Source: Thermoplasmatota archaeon (GTDB lineage: Archaea; Thermoplasmatota; E2; JACPAO01; JAHFTW01). From it: 16,227 nt of DNA. The stretch spans positions 1 to 16,227 of the forward strand of contig JBFIHX010000021.1 in assembly GCA_041601615.1 (NCBI GenBank). Reading direction: 5' to 3'. A model generated the notes under the pieces. The model ran no database searches, had not been told where the DNA came from, and saw only the letters and a program-made list of their open reading frames with translations. The position numbers and the translations under genes were made by a program. Below are positions 15,773-16,227 of the stretch, piece after piece. The number at the start of each line of letters is the position of its first letter. Position 1 is the stretch's first letter.

Positions 15773-16227
15773 TGCTGGCGCCGTGGCATGGAAAATGCTC
15801 TTGTGTTCTTGGACGGGTGTGGTGTTCGTGCAGTCGGTGGATGAATTGGTGAAGGGCTTGCCGCCGGTCCTAGCAGGCGAGGTCGCGTTCTTGTTCGAGC
15901 GAAGGCCGGAATTGTGGAGGCCTCATGCCAGAAAGCCTTCCTCGCTGCCAATCGCATTCAAGACGCCTTCCGAAAGGTGCCGGCGTTTACGCCAATAGGT
16001 CTTTCAACCTTGAACCGGGCATCGATGCAAAATCGGCCCAAAGCCAACATCGAATCGGCCCGGACGTATCTCACCCCCCTCCGATAGCCGATTCCGGCCC
16101 TTAGAAAGATTCCTCTGCGTACCTTCTCTAACCAGTCGGGCTTATCGTCGGTGCCTGCTTCGCTCGTCCCGAGTCGCCGTTTATCCGAATGCGTGCCCTA
16201 CCCTGGTCGGTGGTGCCCATGACCAAG

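Noticed and set aside
16126-16185. Eighth attC (CTCTAAC...GTTTATC) that would make polB2 a cassette
   Set aside because: The L boxes and spacers do not fit the array consensus, and CTCTAAC is not complementary to attC7 R' GTTAGGC.
15773-16227. Coding sequence downstream of polB2
   Set aside because: Only short ORFs without recognisable motifs. A possible gene start at ATG 16219 (after GGTGGTG) is truncated by the window edge.

Overview
Bases ~115-13128 are the distal end of an integron gene-cassette array on the + strand. It has seven attC sites and six complete cassettes, and no integrase lies in the window. The R'' box at the end of each cassette is the reverse complement of the R' box that precedes that cassette, which is strong internal evidence for true cassette boundaries. 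Cassette cargo: (1) a membrane protein; (2) a three-gene graspetide-like RiPP cluster, made of a precursor with three TK[T/S]xxxPGDDDDxD cores, an ATP-grasp ligase and a multi-TM protein; (3) an R-S-E ADP-ribosyltransferase-like protein; (4) a DUF2441-like protein; (5) a divergent pair of a membrane protein and a PRTase-like protein; (6) a 6.5-kb cassette carrying a small RHH gene missing from the ORF track plus a complete type I R-M operon (hsdM-hsdS-hsdR). After the last attC comes an archaeal-type PolB2 locus: a small accessory gene and a polB2 interrupted by a single in-frame TAG. That locus, together with TATA-like elements about 29-30 bp upstream of two start codons, suggests a high-GC archaeal host (inferred). 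The best candidate for a new system is the cassette-borne multi-core graspetide cluster coupled to a membrane effector-like gene, sitting in a defence-rich array. All family assignments are by motif recognition; no database searches were run.
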